A DNA stretch of 64,000 bases from an uncultured Actinomycetes bacterium (GCA_963790335.1 CAWBOB010000007.1:508905-572904), one strand, 5' to 3'; positions 1 to 10,470 are shown, counted from the stretch's first letter. A program made the numbers and translations. Notes: generated by a model from the sequence alone, not told the origin.

Positions 1-641
1 TCGCGAAGGCGTATCCGACGCGCGTCGTCGTCTCCCCCGACGACCGGGGCATGTACGACGCGATCAACCGAGGTCTCTCCATGGTGCAGGGATCGATCGT
101 CGGATACCTCAACGCCGACGACGAGCTCACGCACGGCGCGCTCGTCGCGGTCGCGCGCGCCTTCCGACGTCACCCCGACGCGTTGTGGCTCATGGGCCGT
201 CGCGAGTACGTCGACGGGGCGGGCGCGCTGCTCGCCCCGCTGCAACCGGTCGCGTTCTCGCTCGCCGAGTACGTGAGCATGGGGTGGTCGCACGTGCCGC
301 AGGAGTGCACATGGCTCCGCCGCGAGCTGTTCGACCGGGTGGGCCCCTTCGACATCAGGTTCCGCAACACGGGTGACTACGACATGTTCGCCCGGTGTCG
401 GGCGGTCGCCCCGCCGCTGATCATCTCCGACACGTTGGGGCGGTTCCGATTGCACGGTGACCAGCTCTCGTACAGTCCGGAGGTCATGGCCAGGGAGAGC
501 GCGATGGTTCGGGACAAGAACGGGGGCGCGGACCGTTGGACGTGGCTCCGCGGGCGGTTCCTGAGCCTCCGCGTGAACGCCCGGAACCCGCGGTTCCTGC
601 TCGCCAAGAAGACGGGCAGGATCTCGTTCGTCGCGAAGTGA
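1..641 (+). CDS. Glycosyltransferase family 2, C-terminal part (gene starts upstream of window)
   Basis: Frame 3 is open from base 3. Translation ...AKAYPTRVVVSPDDRGMYDAINRGLS...YLNADDEL...GDYDMFARC is typical of a GT2 C-terminal region. Stop TGA 639-641. Confidence 0.6.
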   Translation, partial: AKAYPTRVVVSPDDRGMYDAINRGLSMVQGSIVGYLNADDELTHGALVAVARAFRRHPDALWLMGRREYVDGAGALLAPLQPVAFSLAEYVSMGWSHVPQECTWLRRELFDRVGPFDIRFRNTGDYDMFARCRAVAPPLIISDTLGRFRLHGDQLSYSPEVMARESAMVRDKNGGADRWTWLRGRFLSLRVNARNPRFLLAKKTGRISFVAK

Positions 642-1766
642 CCACCGGCGTGGGGGCGGAGGGAGCGCCCGTCCAACCGATCTTCCTGCTCTCGATGCCT
701 CGCTCGGGCTCGACGCTCGCCCAGCGGGTGCTGGCAGCCCACCCCGAGGTTTCGACGGCGGCCGAGCCCTGGTTGCTGCTCCCCCATGCGTACGCGCTGC
801 GCCGGTACGGCATCGCCGCCGAGTACACGCAACCGGTCGCCGCGCGCGCGATCCGCGAATTCGTCGAGGGACTCCCGGGTGGCGAGCAGGACTACTGGGA
901 GGCGCTGCGCGGGTTCGCCCTCGAGCTCTACGGGAAGGCGGCGGACCCCGGGGCCCGGTTCTTCCTGGACAAGACGCCCCGGTACCACTTCATCATGCCG
1001 GAGCTGCTGCGCATGTTCCCCGACGCGAAGGTGATCTTCCTCTGGAGGAACCCGCTCGCGGTGGTCGCGTCGATCTGCGAGACCTGGACACGCGGTCGAT
1101 GGACGGTCGACCGATGGCGGGCAGACCTCGACGGCATCGTCGATCTCGTCGACGCCTACCGCGAGCTCGGCGACGAGGCGAAGGCGGTGAACTTCGAGTC
1201 GCTCGTCACCGACCCCTCGACCGAATGGCCGGCGTTGTTCGCATGGGTGGGGCTTGCGTTCGACCCCGATCTGCTCACGTCGTTCGCCGGCGTGCGCATG
1301 CAGGGATCGATGGGCGATCCGACCGGGGTCGAGGCGTACCGCCGCGCTGAGCACCGAGCCGCTCGACAAGTGGAAGCGTCAGCTCGGCAGTCCTTGGCGC
1401 AAGCGCTGGTGCCGCGCGTGGCTCGACCGGATCGGCGCCGAACGGCTCGCCGTGATGGGCTACGACCTCGACGAGCTCGTGCGCGACCTGGAATCGCTGC
1501 CCTCGCGGCCACGCCTCGTCGTATCCGACGCGATCAACGGGGGCTACTGGGCCTGGGCGCAGCGACGCAAGCGCGCGGCGTTCAGGCGGATGGCGCCGCG
1601 CCTGCGCCGCCAACCGCGTGGATCGGCTCGTATGGATCCGAGGCCGGCTCGGGTTGCACCTCCGGTCGATCGGTCGAGCGGGACGTCGGAGCCCCGAGCG
1701 ACATCGCGATCGCGTACAGACCGAACACCACCGCCGACCTCGACGCCCCCGACAGCACCGGGTTGA
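638..1766 (+). CDS. Sulfotransferase family protein; apparent frameshift near 1345, 3' end uncertain
   Basis: GTG at 638 overlaps the stop of the upstream gene. PRSGSTL P-loop-like sulfotransferase motif. The C-terminal part (STEPLDKWKRQLGSPW...LAVMGYDLDELVRDLE) continues in another frame from about 1345. Confidence 0.5.
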
Positions 1767-2937
1767 ACGCCATCGCCACGAGGAACGCGTTGAGCCCGAC
1801 CAGGATCGCCCGCAGCAACGCCGCCCGTCCATGGTCGCCCGCACGTCGGAAGCGGTGGATCCGTTGGATCAACGTCGCCTCGGTGATCCCGATCCACCAG
1901 AGCAGCAGTCCGATGCCGAGCAGGCCACCGAGCGCGAGGAAGAGCACGAAGTCGTTGTGGTACGGCAAGGCCTTGCCATCGCGGGACCGTTCGGCCACGG
2001 CATCGCCCGAGAAGACGCTGCCCACGAGGGGCGATTCCTCGAAGCGGTCGAAGCCCGCAGACCACAGGTCCAGGCGGCTCGCGTTGGCGTTCGCCTTGTT
2101 GACGAGGTCGAAGTACTCGTTGGAGGCGCGCACGCCGGCCTCCAGGTTCGACAGGGCGAACACCGCGAACGCGACCAGCGAGCTCGCGATCACGATCGAT
2201 CGCAGCGGGGTCGCTCGACCCGTCGTGAGGTAGAGGGTGAACGCCATGGTCATCAGCGCTAGCACCATCGTCGCCGATGGATAGGTCACGAACACCACCA
2301 CCGTGAGGAGCAGCTCGACGATGAGCCGTCGGCGCTGACCGGCCGCAGCGGCAGCGCCGATGCCGAGGGCGAGGAAGGCGACGCTCGCGTTGCGGTACTG
2401 CTGGTACTCCGAGAAGGGAAGCACGCCCGTGTTCACCAAGGCGTTCATGGTGATGTAGACGAGTCCGATGTTCGAGAGCCATCGATGGATGCGGCCGACC
2501 TCCCGCTCCGTTGGCTCGCGCACGGCGAACAGGGCGAGCAGCCCGAGCGACATCGGAAGGAACACCGGCCGCGCGGTCTCCGTGTTGCCGAGCATCGTGG
2601 AACCCACGAGCGCTCCACCGAGCCCCAACGCGAACATCACGGCGAGGACGAGCTCGGATACGCTCGGGCGGCGCACCAGGAACGACGGCGACTGCAGCCT
2701 CACGAGCGCGACCACCGAGATCGGCACGAGCAGGACCAGGTACCGGATCGGTCCTCCCGCCTCCGCGTTGGGCCTGAACGCCGCGAGCCCGCGGTCGAGC
2801 ACGTTGAACACGTCGACGACGGTGAGCGAGAGCAGCACCAGGAACGCGCGGGCCAATCGATACGAGTCGGTGGCGGCGGTGATGGGAGCGCGCGCGGCGC
2901 GCGGCGCCTGCACGGAGGCGCTGCGCGGCGAGATCAC
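1582..2937 (-). CDS. O-antigen ligase / Wzy-like polysaccharide polymerase (polytopic membrane protein)
   Basis: 451-aa ORF made almost entirely of hydrophobic helices with a large periplasmic loop (NEYFDLVNKANANASRLDLWSAGFD). This is the Wzy_C/O-antigen ligase pattern. Confidence 0.55.
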   Translation of the reverse strand: MISPRSASVQAPRAARAPITAATDSYRLARAFLVLLSLTVVDVFNVLDRGLAAFRPNAEAGGPIRYLVLLVPISVVALVRLQSPSFLVRRPSVSELVLAVMFALGLGGALVGSTMLGNTETARPVFLPMSLGLLALFAVREPTEREVGRIHRWLSNIGLVYITMNALVNTGVLPFSEYQQYRNASVAFLALGIGAAAAAGQRRRLIVELLLTVVVFVTYPSATMVLALMTMAFTLYLTTGRATPLRSIVIASSLVAFAVFALSNLEAGVRASNEYFDLVNKANANASRLDLWSAGFDRFEESPLVGSVFSGDAVAERSRDGKALPYHNDFVLFLALGGLLGIGLLLWWIGITEATLIQRIHRFRRAGDHGRAALLRAILVGLNAFLVAMAFNPVLSGASRSAVVFGLYAIAMSLGAPTSRSTDRPEVQPEPASDPYEPIHAVGGAGAAPSA

Positions 2938-2946
2938 CCGCCGACC

Positions 2947-4689
2947 CTAGCCCGAGGCGGGCTTGCGCGACGAGAAGTCGCGCGCGTCGTCGGCGACCTC
3001 CGCCTTCGAGCGGCCACCGTTCGTAGCGACCGGTGCACCGAAGGGTGGAGGAGGCACGGGGCGCGTGCGTGAGCCCGACGCCGATCCGGAGCGGCTCTTG
3101 GCGGGCCGTGCCCGCTCGTCGGCTTCGGGTCCGTAGTACTGGTCGTAGCTCGCGTATCCCAGGCTCGACCGCTGGATCGACGTGATGTTGTTGTACACGC
3201 CTCCGGCGATGTCGGCACCGGCCGTGCGCAGCTGGCGGACCGCGTCCTCGAGCGCGGTGCGGTTCGAGATGGCGGGGTCGTGCACGAACAGCACGATGTC
3301 GGCGACCTCGGCGAGGATCGAGGCGTCGGCCACGGGAAGGGTCGGCGGCGCATCGCAGACGATGATGTCGGCCAGCCCCCGCATGTCGTCGAAGACCGAC
3401 GAGGCCTGCGGGCCGGCGAGCAACGCGACCGGGTCGTGCGGCACCTGCCCGCTGCGCACGATCGACAGGTTCGGTACCTCGGTGCCCATGACCAGCTCGT
3501 CGATCGGCGTCGTGCCCTGCAGTGCCTCGCGCAGTCCCGGCCCCTGCTGCACGCCGAGGAAGCGCTCCGCGCGCGGCCGACGGAGGTCGGCGTCGATCAG
3601 CAACGTCTTGATGCCGGTCTCGGCCAGCACCACCGCGAGGTTCGCCGTGGTCGCGCTCTTGCCTTCACCGGGAAGCGCGCTCGTCACGACCACGATGCCA
3701 ACGGGCCGTTGTGAACGCAGGAAGCGCACGTTGGTCGCGAGCGTGCGATAGGCCTCCGACGCCGGTCCGCCCGGATGATCGCGGGAGACGAGCTCCGCGC
3801 GCTCACGGCTGGACCATCCCTCGACGGCCGGGATCACGCCCATGACGGGTGCGCCGATGTAGTCGGCAAGCTCGTCGCGGCCGCCGACCCGGTTCGCCCT
3901 GATGCCGAGCAGGATCGCGATACCGGAACCGATGATGCAGCCGACGACGAACCCGAAGATCGAGGCCACCGCGAGGCCCGGCCCCGACGGCTTGGACGGC
4001 ACGACCGCGGACTGCAGGATGTCGCCTCCGGAAGAACCGCCTTCGCTGGCTCGGATCTGCACCTTTCGGGCCCGGAGATCCGAGATCTCCTGACTGATGC
4101 CGAACTGCTCCGCCTCGAGCCTCGCTCGCTCCTCGGAGGTCGATGCGCTGTCGAGCGCTACCTGCGCGTCGGCGAATTGCTGGTTCAGTTCGGTGATCGC
4201 CGCGTCGAGGGGGACCAACGCATCCACGACCGCTGCACTGACCTTCGCACGGCGATCCTCGAGATAGGCGTCGGCGAACGCATTCGCGATCGTCGCCGCC
4301 GTGTCAGGATCGCCCGCCGAGTATCCGATGAACATCACGAACGAGTCACGGGCCGGCTCCACCGTGACGAGCTTGACGATCTGTTCCGGCGTGGCCGACA
4401 ACCCCAAGCTGGTATCGACCGCCCGAGCGACGCCGATCGAGCGAACGATCTCGGCTTCGGTTGCCATGTCGGGCTCGAGTCCGTTCCCGCTGCTGCTGCT
4501 GTTGATGGTCTGGTTCACGAGGGACGTGACCACGACCTTGGCCTGGGCGTAGTAGGTCGGGGGGCGCAGGGCGACGTAGGCGCCGGCGATCGCCGCCACG
4601 ATGGTGCCCATGGCGACGACGGTCCACATGCGCGCCCTGACCATCTGCCAGTAGTCGCGAAGGTCGAGGATCCTGGTGGAATCGGACAC
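2947..4689 (-). CDS. Polysaccharide co-polymerase / BY-family tyrosine autokinase (Wzz/Wzc-like)
   Basis: Wzz N-terminus DLRDYWQMVRARMWTVV plus TM helix, then a P-loop ATPase (TSALPGEGKSATTANLA, DADLRRP). C-terminal Tyr cluster GYASYDQYYG. GTG start at 4689 has GGGAG 8 nt upstream. The long N-terminal ORF extension is noise. Confidence 0.7.
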   Translation of the reverse strand: MSDSTRILDLRDYWQMVRARMWTVVAMGTIVAAIAGAYVALRPPTYYAQAKVVVTSLVNQTINSSSSGNGLEPDMATEAEIVRSIGVARAVDTSLGLSATPEQIVKLVTVEPARDSFVMFIGYSAGDPDTAATIANAFADAYLEDRRAKVSAAVVDALVPLDAAITELNQQFADAQVALDSASTSEERARLEAEQFGISQEISDLRARKVQIRASEGGSSGGDILQSAVVPSKPSGPGLAVASIFGFVVGCIIGSGIAILLGIRANRVGGRDELADYIGAPVMGVIPAVEGWSSRERAELVSRDHPGGPASEAYRTLATNVRFLRSQRPVGIVVVTSALPGEGKSATTANLAVVLAETGIKTLLIDADLRRPRAERFLGVQQGPGLREALQGTTPIDELVMGTEVPNLSIVRSGQVPHDPVALLAGPQASSVFDDMRGLADIIVCDAPPTLPVADASILAEVADIVLFVHDPAISNRTALEDAVRQLRTAGADIAGGVYNNITSIQRSSLGYASYDQYYGPEADERARPAKSRSGSASGSRTRPVPPPPFGAPVATNGGRSKAEVADDARDFSSRKPASG

Positions 4690-5001
4690 GTGTCGATGCT
4701 CCCTGCTCAGTACGGCCCGCGAGACCGAACCGCCGGCCGGAGGGGATCCCGTGATGGGTTGTCCGCACGCATGATACCGGAGGCCTTCTGCCCACGCCTC
4801 CATGCTTCGCCCTATTTCCGCGGGAATGCCACATGTCACACGTTCTAGTGCCAACGACGGGCTTCTCCCCTGCGTTGGTCGCGACTCGGTGTCCCCTTGT
4901 TGACCCTGGTTCTGGCGCTGTGTACCGTCCGACGAACGGGCGCACCCCCCACCCGGCGTCGTGCCGGGACGAGCCCCCGACCACCTGGAGGTTCCGTCAA
5001 C

Positions 5002-5673
5002 ATGGCCACACCCCCCGACACCATGTCCGAAACGGCGGCACGCGAGGAGACCACGCTGAAGAGCGACGTCTGCGAGCTCTACCTGATCCGCCACGGCACG
5101 ACGACGTTGAACGTGCAGAACCGCTACCGCGGCCGTCGTGACGTTCCGCTCGACGCGCAGGGCTGGGCCGATGCGGTCGAGGCTGCCCGCGCCCTCTCGT
5201 CGACGGGGCTCGCCGCCGTGTATGCAGGGCCGCTTCGCCGCACGATCAACACCGCCCAGGTGGTCGCCGACGAGTGCCGCATCCCCGACGTTCGCATCCT
5301 TCACGGGCTCGTGAACCTCGACTACGGCGAGTGGGAGGGCATGACGGCCGAGGAAGCCGCGATGTTCGACCCGGAGACCTTCCAGCAGTACAAGCAGGCG
5401 CCCGAGAAGGCCGTGTGCCCCAACGGTGAGCGCCTGACCGACGCGCAGGGACGCATGATCGAGGCGATCTCGCTCATCGGTGAGCGTCACGCGGGCGAGC
5501 GGGTCGCTGCGGTGACGCACGCGGTGATGATCCGCCTGGTGGCAGCGAAGCTGCTCGACCTTCCCGGCGACCGCTGGCGCATCCCGGTCGGGCGCGGCTC
5601 ACTCACCCGGTTCGAGGTACAGAACGGCGAGATCCGCCTCGTGGGCATGCCCACCGGCGACGACGTCGACTGA
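5002..5673 (+). CDS. Histidine phosphatase family protein (phosphoglycerate mutase-like)
   Basis: LIRHGTT catalytic motif near the N-terminus. GGAGG lies 9 nt upstream of ATG 5002. Confidence 0.65.
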   Translation: MATPPDTMSETAAREETTLKSDVCELYLIRHGTTTLNVQNRYRGRRDVPLDAQGWADAVEAARALSSTGLAAVYAGPLRRTINTAQVVADECRIPDVRILHGLVNLDYGEWEGMTAEEAAMFDPETFQQYKQAPEKAVCPNGERLTDAQGRMIEAISLIGERHAGERVAAVTHAVMIRLVAAKLLDLPGDRWRIPVGRGSLTRFEVQNGEIRLVGMPTGDDVD

Positions 5674-5833
5674 CGCCGGTCTCGCGGCTGCATCCTGCGA
5701 CCTTCCGGTCTTACGCCCTTCGCTCCCGCGAAGGAGCCGTTCGGTCGATGTGACACTGGCCTTGCGCGGCATAGCCTTCTTTCGACGTACCCCGATGTGG
5801 TCCCCCGGACCCCCGACAGGAGGAACTTCCCCG

Positions 5834-7045
5834 ATGATCCGACGCATCACACGCCTGGGGCGCCTCGGCCTCGTGCTCGCCCTCGCGCTGGCATCGGTCG
5901 CCGGATCGGCGACGCAGGCCTCCGCCGCGTTCAGCAACACGCCCGACACGACCTGGATGACCAACGGCGTCGTCTACGCGATCGCCCAGGGTGGCGGACG
6001 GATCTACGTGGGCGGCAAGTTCCGCTCGCTCCGGCGGTGTCCGACCGGCGTGACGTGCACGGGTGGCACGATCGCGACGAACGTGGGAGCGCTCGACGCG
6101 GCGACCGGCGTGGGCATCAAGACCTTCAAGGTCACCGTGGGTGGCGACGGCGCGACCGTCTACGCCCTGGCCGTCGCGAACGGCAAGCTCTACATCGCCG
6201 GGCAGTTCACCTCCATCAACGGCGAGCCTCGCATGAACCTGGCGGCGGTCGACGCCGTCACCGGCGTGCTCGACCCTACCTTCGCGCCGCAGGTCGGCAC
6301 CGCGACCGACTACGTGCGCGGCATGGTCGCGCACGACGGCATGATCTACATCGGAGGGAACTTCGGAACGGTTGGGGCGGCGGTGCGTCAGCACCTCGCA
6401 GCCTTCAACCCGAACGGCAGCCTGAACGGCGCGTGGCGCCCCCGCACCAGCGGCGTGGCCCGGGCATTCGCTCCGACATGCACCGGCGATCAGATCGTGA
6501 TCGGCGGGTCGTTCACGAGAGGCGCGGGCACCGGCACGGCGATCCAGGACCGCAAAACCCTGATGATCGTCGACGCAGCGACCGGAGCCCTCGACCCGTG
6601 GACCCCCGACAACGCCGCGATCCCCAACGGCGTCACCGCCTACGACCTCGCGGGCACCTGCGACGCACTCTTCGTGGGTTACGGCGGGTCGAACGCGATC
6701 TACCGATTCGACCTCACCGACGACTTCGGTGACATCCAGTGGGATCTGAAGACCGGCGGCAACGTGCAGACGGTGGCCCTCTACGGCACGCAGCGCGTGA
6801 TGTTCGGCGGGCACTTCGCGAACACACCGATCGCACCGAACACCACGACCAAGGTCAAGCGCGTGCGCTTCGCGACCGCGGACTTCGGCGGCAACGCCTT
6901 CAACGACTGGACGCCCGAGTTCTCCGGCAAGTTCTTCGGGCCGTGGGACATCCTCGTCGACGGCAACCGCGTCTGGGTCGGTGGCGCGTTCACCGACGTG
7001 TCGGGCAGCGCCCAGTTCATGCTCGCCCGCTTCAGCGACATCTGA
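5834..7045 (+). CDS. Secreted beta-propeller repeat protein (SBBP/delta-60-like repeats)
   Basis: Signal peptide MIRRITRLGRLGLVLALALASVAGSATQASA. Six or more repeats of the VYALAV..GKLYIAGqFtsvnG type (YVGGKF, YIAGQF, YIGGNF, VIGGSF, VGGAF). GGAGG RBS. Confidence 0.6.
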   Translation: MIRRITRLGRLGLVLALALASVAGSATQASAAFSNTPDTTWMTNGVVYAIAQGGGRIYVGGKFRSLRRCPTGVTCTGGTIATNVGALDAATGVGIKTFKVTVGGDGATVYALAVANGKLYIAGQFTSINGEPRMNLAAVDAVTGVLDPTFAPQVGTATDYVRGMVAHDGMIYIGGNFGTVGAAVRQHLAAFNPNGSLNGAWRPRTSGVARAFAPTCTGDQIVIGGSFTRGAGTGTAIQDRKTLMIVDAATGALDPWTPDNAAIPNGVTAYDLAGTCDALFVGYGGSNAIYRFDLTDDFGDIQWDLKTGGNVQTVALYGTQRVMFGGHFANTPIAPNTTTKVKRVRFATADFGGNAFNDWTPEFSGKFFGPWDILVDGNRVWVGGAFTDVSGSAQFMLARFSDI

Positions 7046-7092
7046 CGGCCGGGGTCCTGGAACGACCCTGATCGGTCGCGGAGGATAGCTCC

Positions 7093-8388
7093 ATGGTGAC
7101 GTTGGGCGGCCTCGAGCTCGCGAGGTTGCTCCTCGCCCTCACCCTGCTGTTGGTCGCGGCCCACGCGCTCGGCTATCTGGCCCACCGCTTCGGTCAGCCG
7201 CGGGTCATCGGCGAGATCCTCGGCGGCTTGCTGCTCGGCCCGACCCTGTTCGGCGCGCTCGCACCCGGTCTACACGCTCAGGTGTTCCCGCTCGAGGGGG
7301 CCGTGCCGCTCGTGCTCGACGCGATGTACCAGCTCGGCCTCTTGCTCTTGATGTTCAGCGCGGGCGCGGAGATCCGCTCCGCCTTCCGGCCCGACGAGCG
7401 CCGCACCGTGGCGGCGGTCACCGTGACGGGCATGGTGGCACCCTTCGTCGTCGGCCTCGGCTTCGTCGCCTTGCTGCCCGAGGGCGCGCACATCGGACCC
7501 GCGGGCAACCGCAGCGCCTTCATCCTGGTCTTCGCCCTCGCGATCGCCGTCACGAGCATCCCCGTGATCTCGCGCATCATGTTCGACCTCGGCATCCTCG
7601 AGACCGCGTTCGCGCGCATCGTGCTCGCCGTCGCGGTCATCGAGGACGTCGTGATCTACGTCCTGCTCGCGATCGCGCTCGGGCTGGTGGCCGGAACGTC
7701 GGGCGACGCGGTCGGGCTTCCGGGCCTGATCGGGCTCGCCCCCGGTTCCGCCGGATCGATCGCGTTCCACGTGTTCGCCACCGTGGGCTTCCTCGGCCTC
7801 GCGCTCTGGCTCGGTCCGCCCGTCTATCGAGCGGTGCTGCGGTTCCGGTTCAACGTGGTGAAGCGAGGAAGCGCGATCGCCTTCCAGATCGTGTTCATGC
7901 TCGTCATCACGATGCTCGCCGTGTCGCTCGACGTGGTGCCGCTGTTCGGGGCGTTCGTCGCCGGCATCGTCGTCGGCTCGGCCGAAGGCACCGACGGCGC
8001 CGAACAGGCGCGTGAGACGATCCGAACCTTCTCGTTCGCCTTCTTCATCCCCGTCTATTTCGCGATCGTGGGGCTGCGGCTCGACCTGTTGTCGGGGTTC
8101 GAGCCGCTCTTCTTCCTGTTGTTCCTCGCCGTGGCGTGCGCAGCCAAGTACGCGAGCGTGTGGATCGGGGCTCGCTGGTCGGGGGAGACACCCGCCGGGG
8201 CCCGCAATCTGAGCGTGGCCCTGAACGCCCGGGGAGGACCGGGCATCGTGCTCGCCTCGGTGGCGTACGACGCCGGCATCGTCGATCAGGGCTTCTACGC
8301 GGTGCTGGTCATGCTGGCGATCGTGACGTCGCTGCTCGCCGGAAGTTGGCTCGGCCGCGTCGTGCGAGCGGGAAGCCCGCTCCGCTGA
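7093..8388 (+). CDS. Cation:proton antiporter (CPA2 / Na+/H+ exchanger family)
   Basis: 431 aa with 11-13 TM helices. The N-terminus LGYLAHRFGQPRVIGEILGGLLLGP is a Kef/NhaP-type signature. Confidence 0.7.
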   Translation: MVTLGGLELARLLLALTLLLVAAHALGYLAHRFGQPRVIGEILGGLLLGPTLFGALAPGLHAQVFPLEGAVPLVLDAMYQLGLLLLMFSAGAEIRSAFRPDERRTVAAVTVTGMVAPFVVGLGFVALLPEGAHIGPAGNRSAFILVFALAIAVTSIPVISRIMFDLGILETAFARIVLAVAVIEDVVIYVLLAIALGLVAGTSGDAVGLPGLIGLAPGSAGSIAFHVFATVGFLGLALWLGPPVYRAVLRFRFNVVKRGSAIAFQIVFMLVITMLAVSLDVVPLFGAFVAGIVVGSAEGTDGAEQARETIRTFSFAFFIPVYFAIVGLRLDLLSGFEPLFFLLFLAVACAAKYASVWIGARWSGETPAGARNLSVALNARGGPGIVLASVAYDAGIVDQGFYAVLVMLAIVTSLLAGSWLGRVVRAGSPLR

Positions 8389-8406
8389 GGCCTCGAGGTG
8401 TGACCC

Positions 8407-9318
8407 TCAGCACCGTCCCGATGTGCTGTCGACCACGCGGCCGTCGGGTCGGATGAAGCTCGCGACCCATCCGGATCCCCACAGCGAGAGCTCGACCACC
8501 CCGAACCCGCCCTTGCGCACGAGCGAGTTCTCGAGCGGATCCTCGAATCCGTAGGAGCTGGGATTGCCGCCCGTGCCGGCCACGATCTCCACGATGCCGT
8601 CGGGCGTCGGGTTGCCGTCGGCGTCCTGGGGCCCGAAGCGCTCGTAGTTGTGCTCGTGTCCGTTCAGCACGATCTCGGCTCCCGCGTCGTCGAGCAGGCG
8701 CCAGATGGGGGCCAGATCCTCATGGGACCCGTGGGTCTCGCCCGACGAGAACCGCGGCTGGTGCCAGAAGGCACCGATGCACTCCTGCTCACGTGACGCC
8801 AGCTCTTCGGCCAGCCACTCGTACTGCGGCGACCCCTCGTCGCATCCACCGTTCTCGTCGCACGTTCCATCGAGCGCGTAGAGCTGCCAGTCGCCCAGCG
8901 TGAACGTGTACCAGTGCGCGGTGAGATCGAAGTAGTCGAGGAAGCCTCGCGCACCTTCCGTGTGCCATTCGTGGTTGCCTGCCACCGCGAAGGTGATCGA
9001 CGAGAACCGCCCCCACGACCGGTCGTAGCTTTTCGTGTACTCCTCGAGGGTGCCGTCCTGGTACTGGTTGTCGCCGAGCGCGAGCACCGCGTCCGGCGCG
9101 AGCCGGTCGACGAGCTCCGCCGTGCCCGCGCATGAATCGGGCGACGGGGTGCAGATGTCGCCGGCCGCGACCACGGTCGTCGCGCCGGGTGGCACCGACG
9201 CCGAGGCGCCGGTCCGACCCGGGGTCACCGGATCACCCGTCAGGTTGAGCACGATCACGCCGGCGATCACGACGAGGGCAGCGACCGCGAGCACGATGAG
9301 CACCGCACGATTGCGCAT
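8407..9318 (-). CDS. Calcineurin-like metallophosphoesterase (purple-acid-phosphatase-like), secreted/anchored
   Basis: Motifs GDICT, GDNQY, GNHEW, GHEHNYERF. N-terminal TM/signal. ATG 9318 with AGGAGA RBS. Confidence 0.7.
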   Translation of the reverse strand: MRNRAVLIVLAVAALVVIAGVIVLNLTGDPVTPGRTGASASVPPGATTVVAAGDICTPSPDSCAGTAELVDRLAPDAVLALGDNQYQDGTLEEYTKSYDRSWGRFSSITFAVAGNHEWHTEGARGFLDYFDLTAHWYTFTLGDWQLYALDGTCDENGGCDEGSPQYEWLAEELASREQECIGAFWHQPRFSSGETHGSHEDLAPIWRLLDDAGAEIVLNGHEHNYERFGPQDADGNPTPDGIVEIVAGTGGNPSSYGFEDPLENSLVRKGGFGVVELSLWGSGWVASFIRPDGRVVDSTSGRC

Positions 9319-9565
9319 CGATCGATCTCCTGAGGGTCTCGGCCCGGGCGGCCGACCCGTCACACGATGCTACGCCCGTTACCCCGCGTCGGAGCATCGT
9401 CCCTCGTGCTCGGCCAGGTACCCTCAATGGCCACGACGTCGATCCGAGGAGTGATGCCCCATCAGCCCGCAGCGTCTGTTCGTTCGCATCGCGACCAGCC
9501 TCACGGTCGCGTTCACGTCGCTCACGATCGTCACGCCCCCCGCGGCAGCACGCGCCCCCGTCATC

Positions 9566-10345
9566 GTGGCGGCGGGCGACATCGCGTGCGCGGGTGAGCC
9601 CTGCGCGACGCAGCGAGCCACCGCTCGATTGGTGCGCCGCATGCATCCGCGCGCAGTGCTAACGCTCGGCGACCACCAGTACCCCGACGGCGCCTACAAC
9701 GATTTCTTGTCGTCGTACCACCCGACGTGGGGCCGGCTCCGAGGCCGGACGTTCCCGACGCCCGGCAACCACGACTACTACACACAGGGCGCGGGCGGGT
9801 ACTTCCGGTACTTCGGACGGCGAGCCCACCAGAACGCCGGCGGCACGTACTCGTTCAACCTCGGGGCGTGGCACCTGGTCTCCATCAACAGCGCCGCGGG
9901 CAGGCCGTCGTCGGAGCTCGTCGCGCGGATCCGGAAGAATCTAGCGCGCGACCGTCATCGGTGCGAGATCGCGTACTGGCACCATGCGAGGTTCTCGTCG
10001 GGCAACGAGCACGGCTCCGATGAACGCATGGACGACGTGTGGCGAGCGCTCTACCACGCGGGGGTCGACGTCGTGCTGACCGGGCACGAGCACAACTACG
10101 AGCGCTTCGCACGGCTCAACGCGACCGGGCACCCCGACGCCCGCGGCATCCGCAACTTCGTCGTGGGCACCGGCGGGATCCCCGACCTGTACGGCTTCAG
10201 GTCGGCCATCACCGGCTCCCAGAAGCGCATCGGCAACCGTCATGGGGTGCTGCGCGTGCGGCTGCGTGCCCGCGCCTACCTCTGGAAGTTCGTGGCGGTC
10301 GGTGGAGCGGTGCTCGATCGAGGCCGCACCCGCTGCCACGCCTGA
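9566..10345 (+). CDS. Calcineurin-like metallophosphoesterase paralog; N-terminus probably longer
   Basis: AAGDIACAG, GDHQY, GNHDY, GHEHNYERF. A signal-peptide-like extension is in frame (RLFVRIATSLTVAFTSLTIVTPPAAARA). The ATG at 9454 after GAGGAG is in another frame, which suggests an indel near 9480. Confidence 0.6.
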   Translation: MAAGDIACAGEPCATQRATARLVRRMHPRAVLTLGDHQYPDGAYNDFLSSYHPTWGRLRGRTFPTPGNHDYYTQGAGGYFRYFGRRAHQNAGGTYSFNLGAWHLVSINSAAGRPSSELVARIRKNLARDRHRCEIAYWHHARFSSGNEHGSDERMDDVWRALYHAGVDVVLTGHEHNYERFARLNATGHPDARGIRNFVVGTGGIPDLYGFRSAITGSQKRIGNRHGVLRVRLRARAYLWKFVAVGGAVLDRGRTRCHA

Positions 10346-10382
10346 TCTCCCGAGCCGGCAGCCTTGATGGTTGCCCCTAGGA

Positions 10383-10470
10383 GAATCCGGGGTGTATCGT
10401 CGCTCGACGGGCCGAACGAACTAGGCCCTTCCGTAGCCTGTGATGATGCTTTAGGCTTCCCCCGGATTCC
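10383..10470 (+). promoter_or_regulatory. 10-bp perfect inverted repeat (GAATCCGGGG ... CCCCGGATTC) bracketing a 66-nt low-GC segment in the 5' leader of the LamG-FN3-phosphoesterase gene
   Basis: Read directly from the sequence. The interior tgtgatgatgctttagg is far below window GC. Ends 16 nt before the start codon. Confidence 0.35.

Noticed and set aside
377-1369. Long antisense or overlapping ORFs throughout the window (for example 377-1369 -, 1544-2482 -, 5711-6814 -, 15552-17288 -, 19216-21339 -, 36299-38695 +, 44179-46092 -, 47954 region alternative frames)
   Set aside because: They lie opposite or over strongly supported genes. Their translations are Arg/Pro/Gly-rich low-complexity strings, typical of stop-codon-poor alternative frames in 70% GC DNA. 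None carries a recognisable motif.
2947-5520. 857-aa minus-strand ORF as a single giant protein
   Set aside because: The N-terminal 277 residues have no Wzz/kinase similarity and overlap the divergent promoter. The GTG at 4689 has a good RBS and gives a normal-length BY-kinase.
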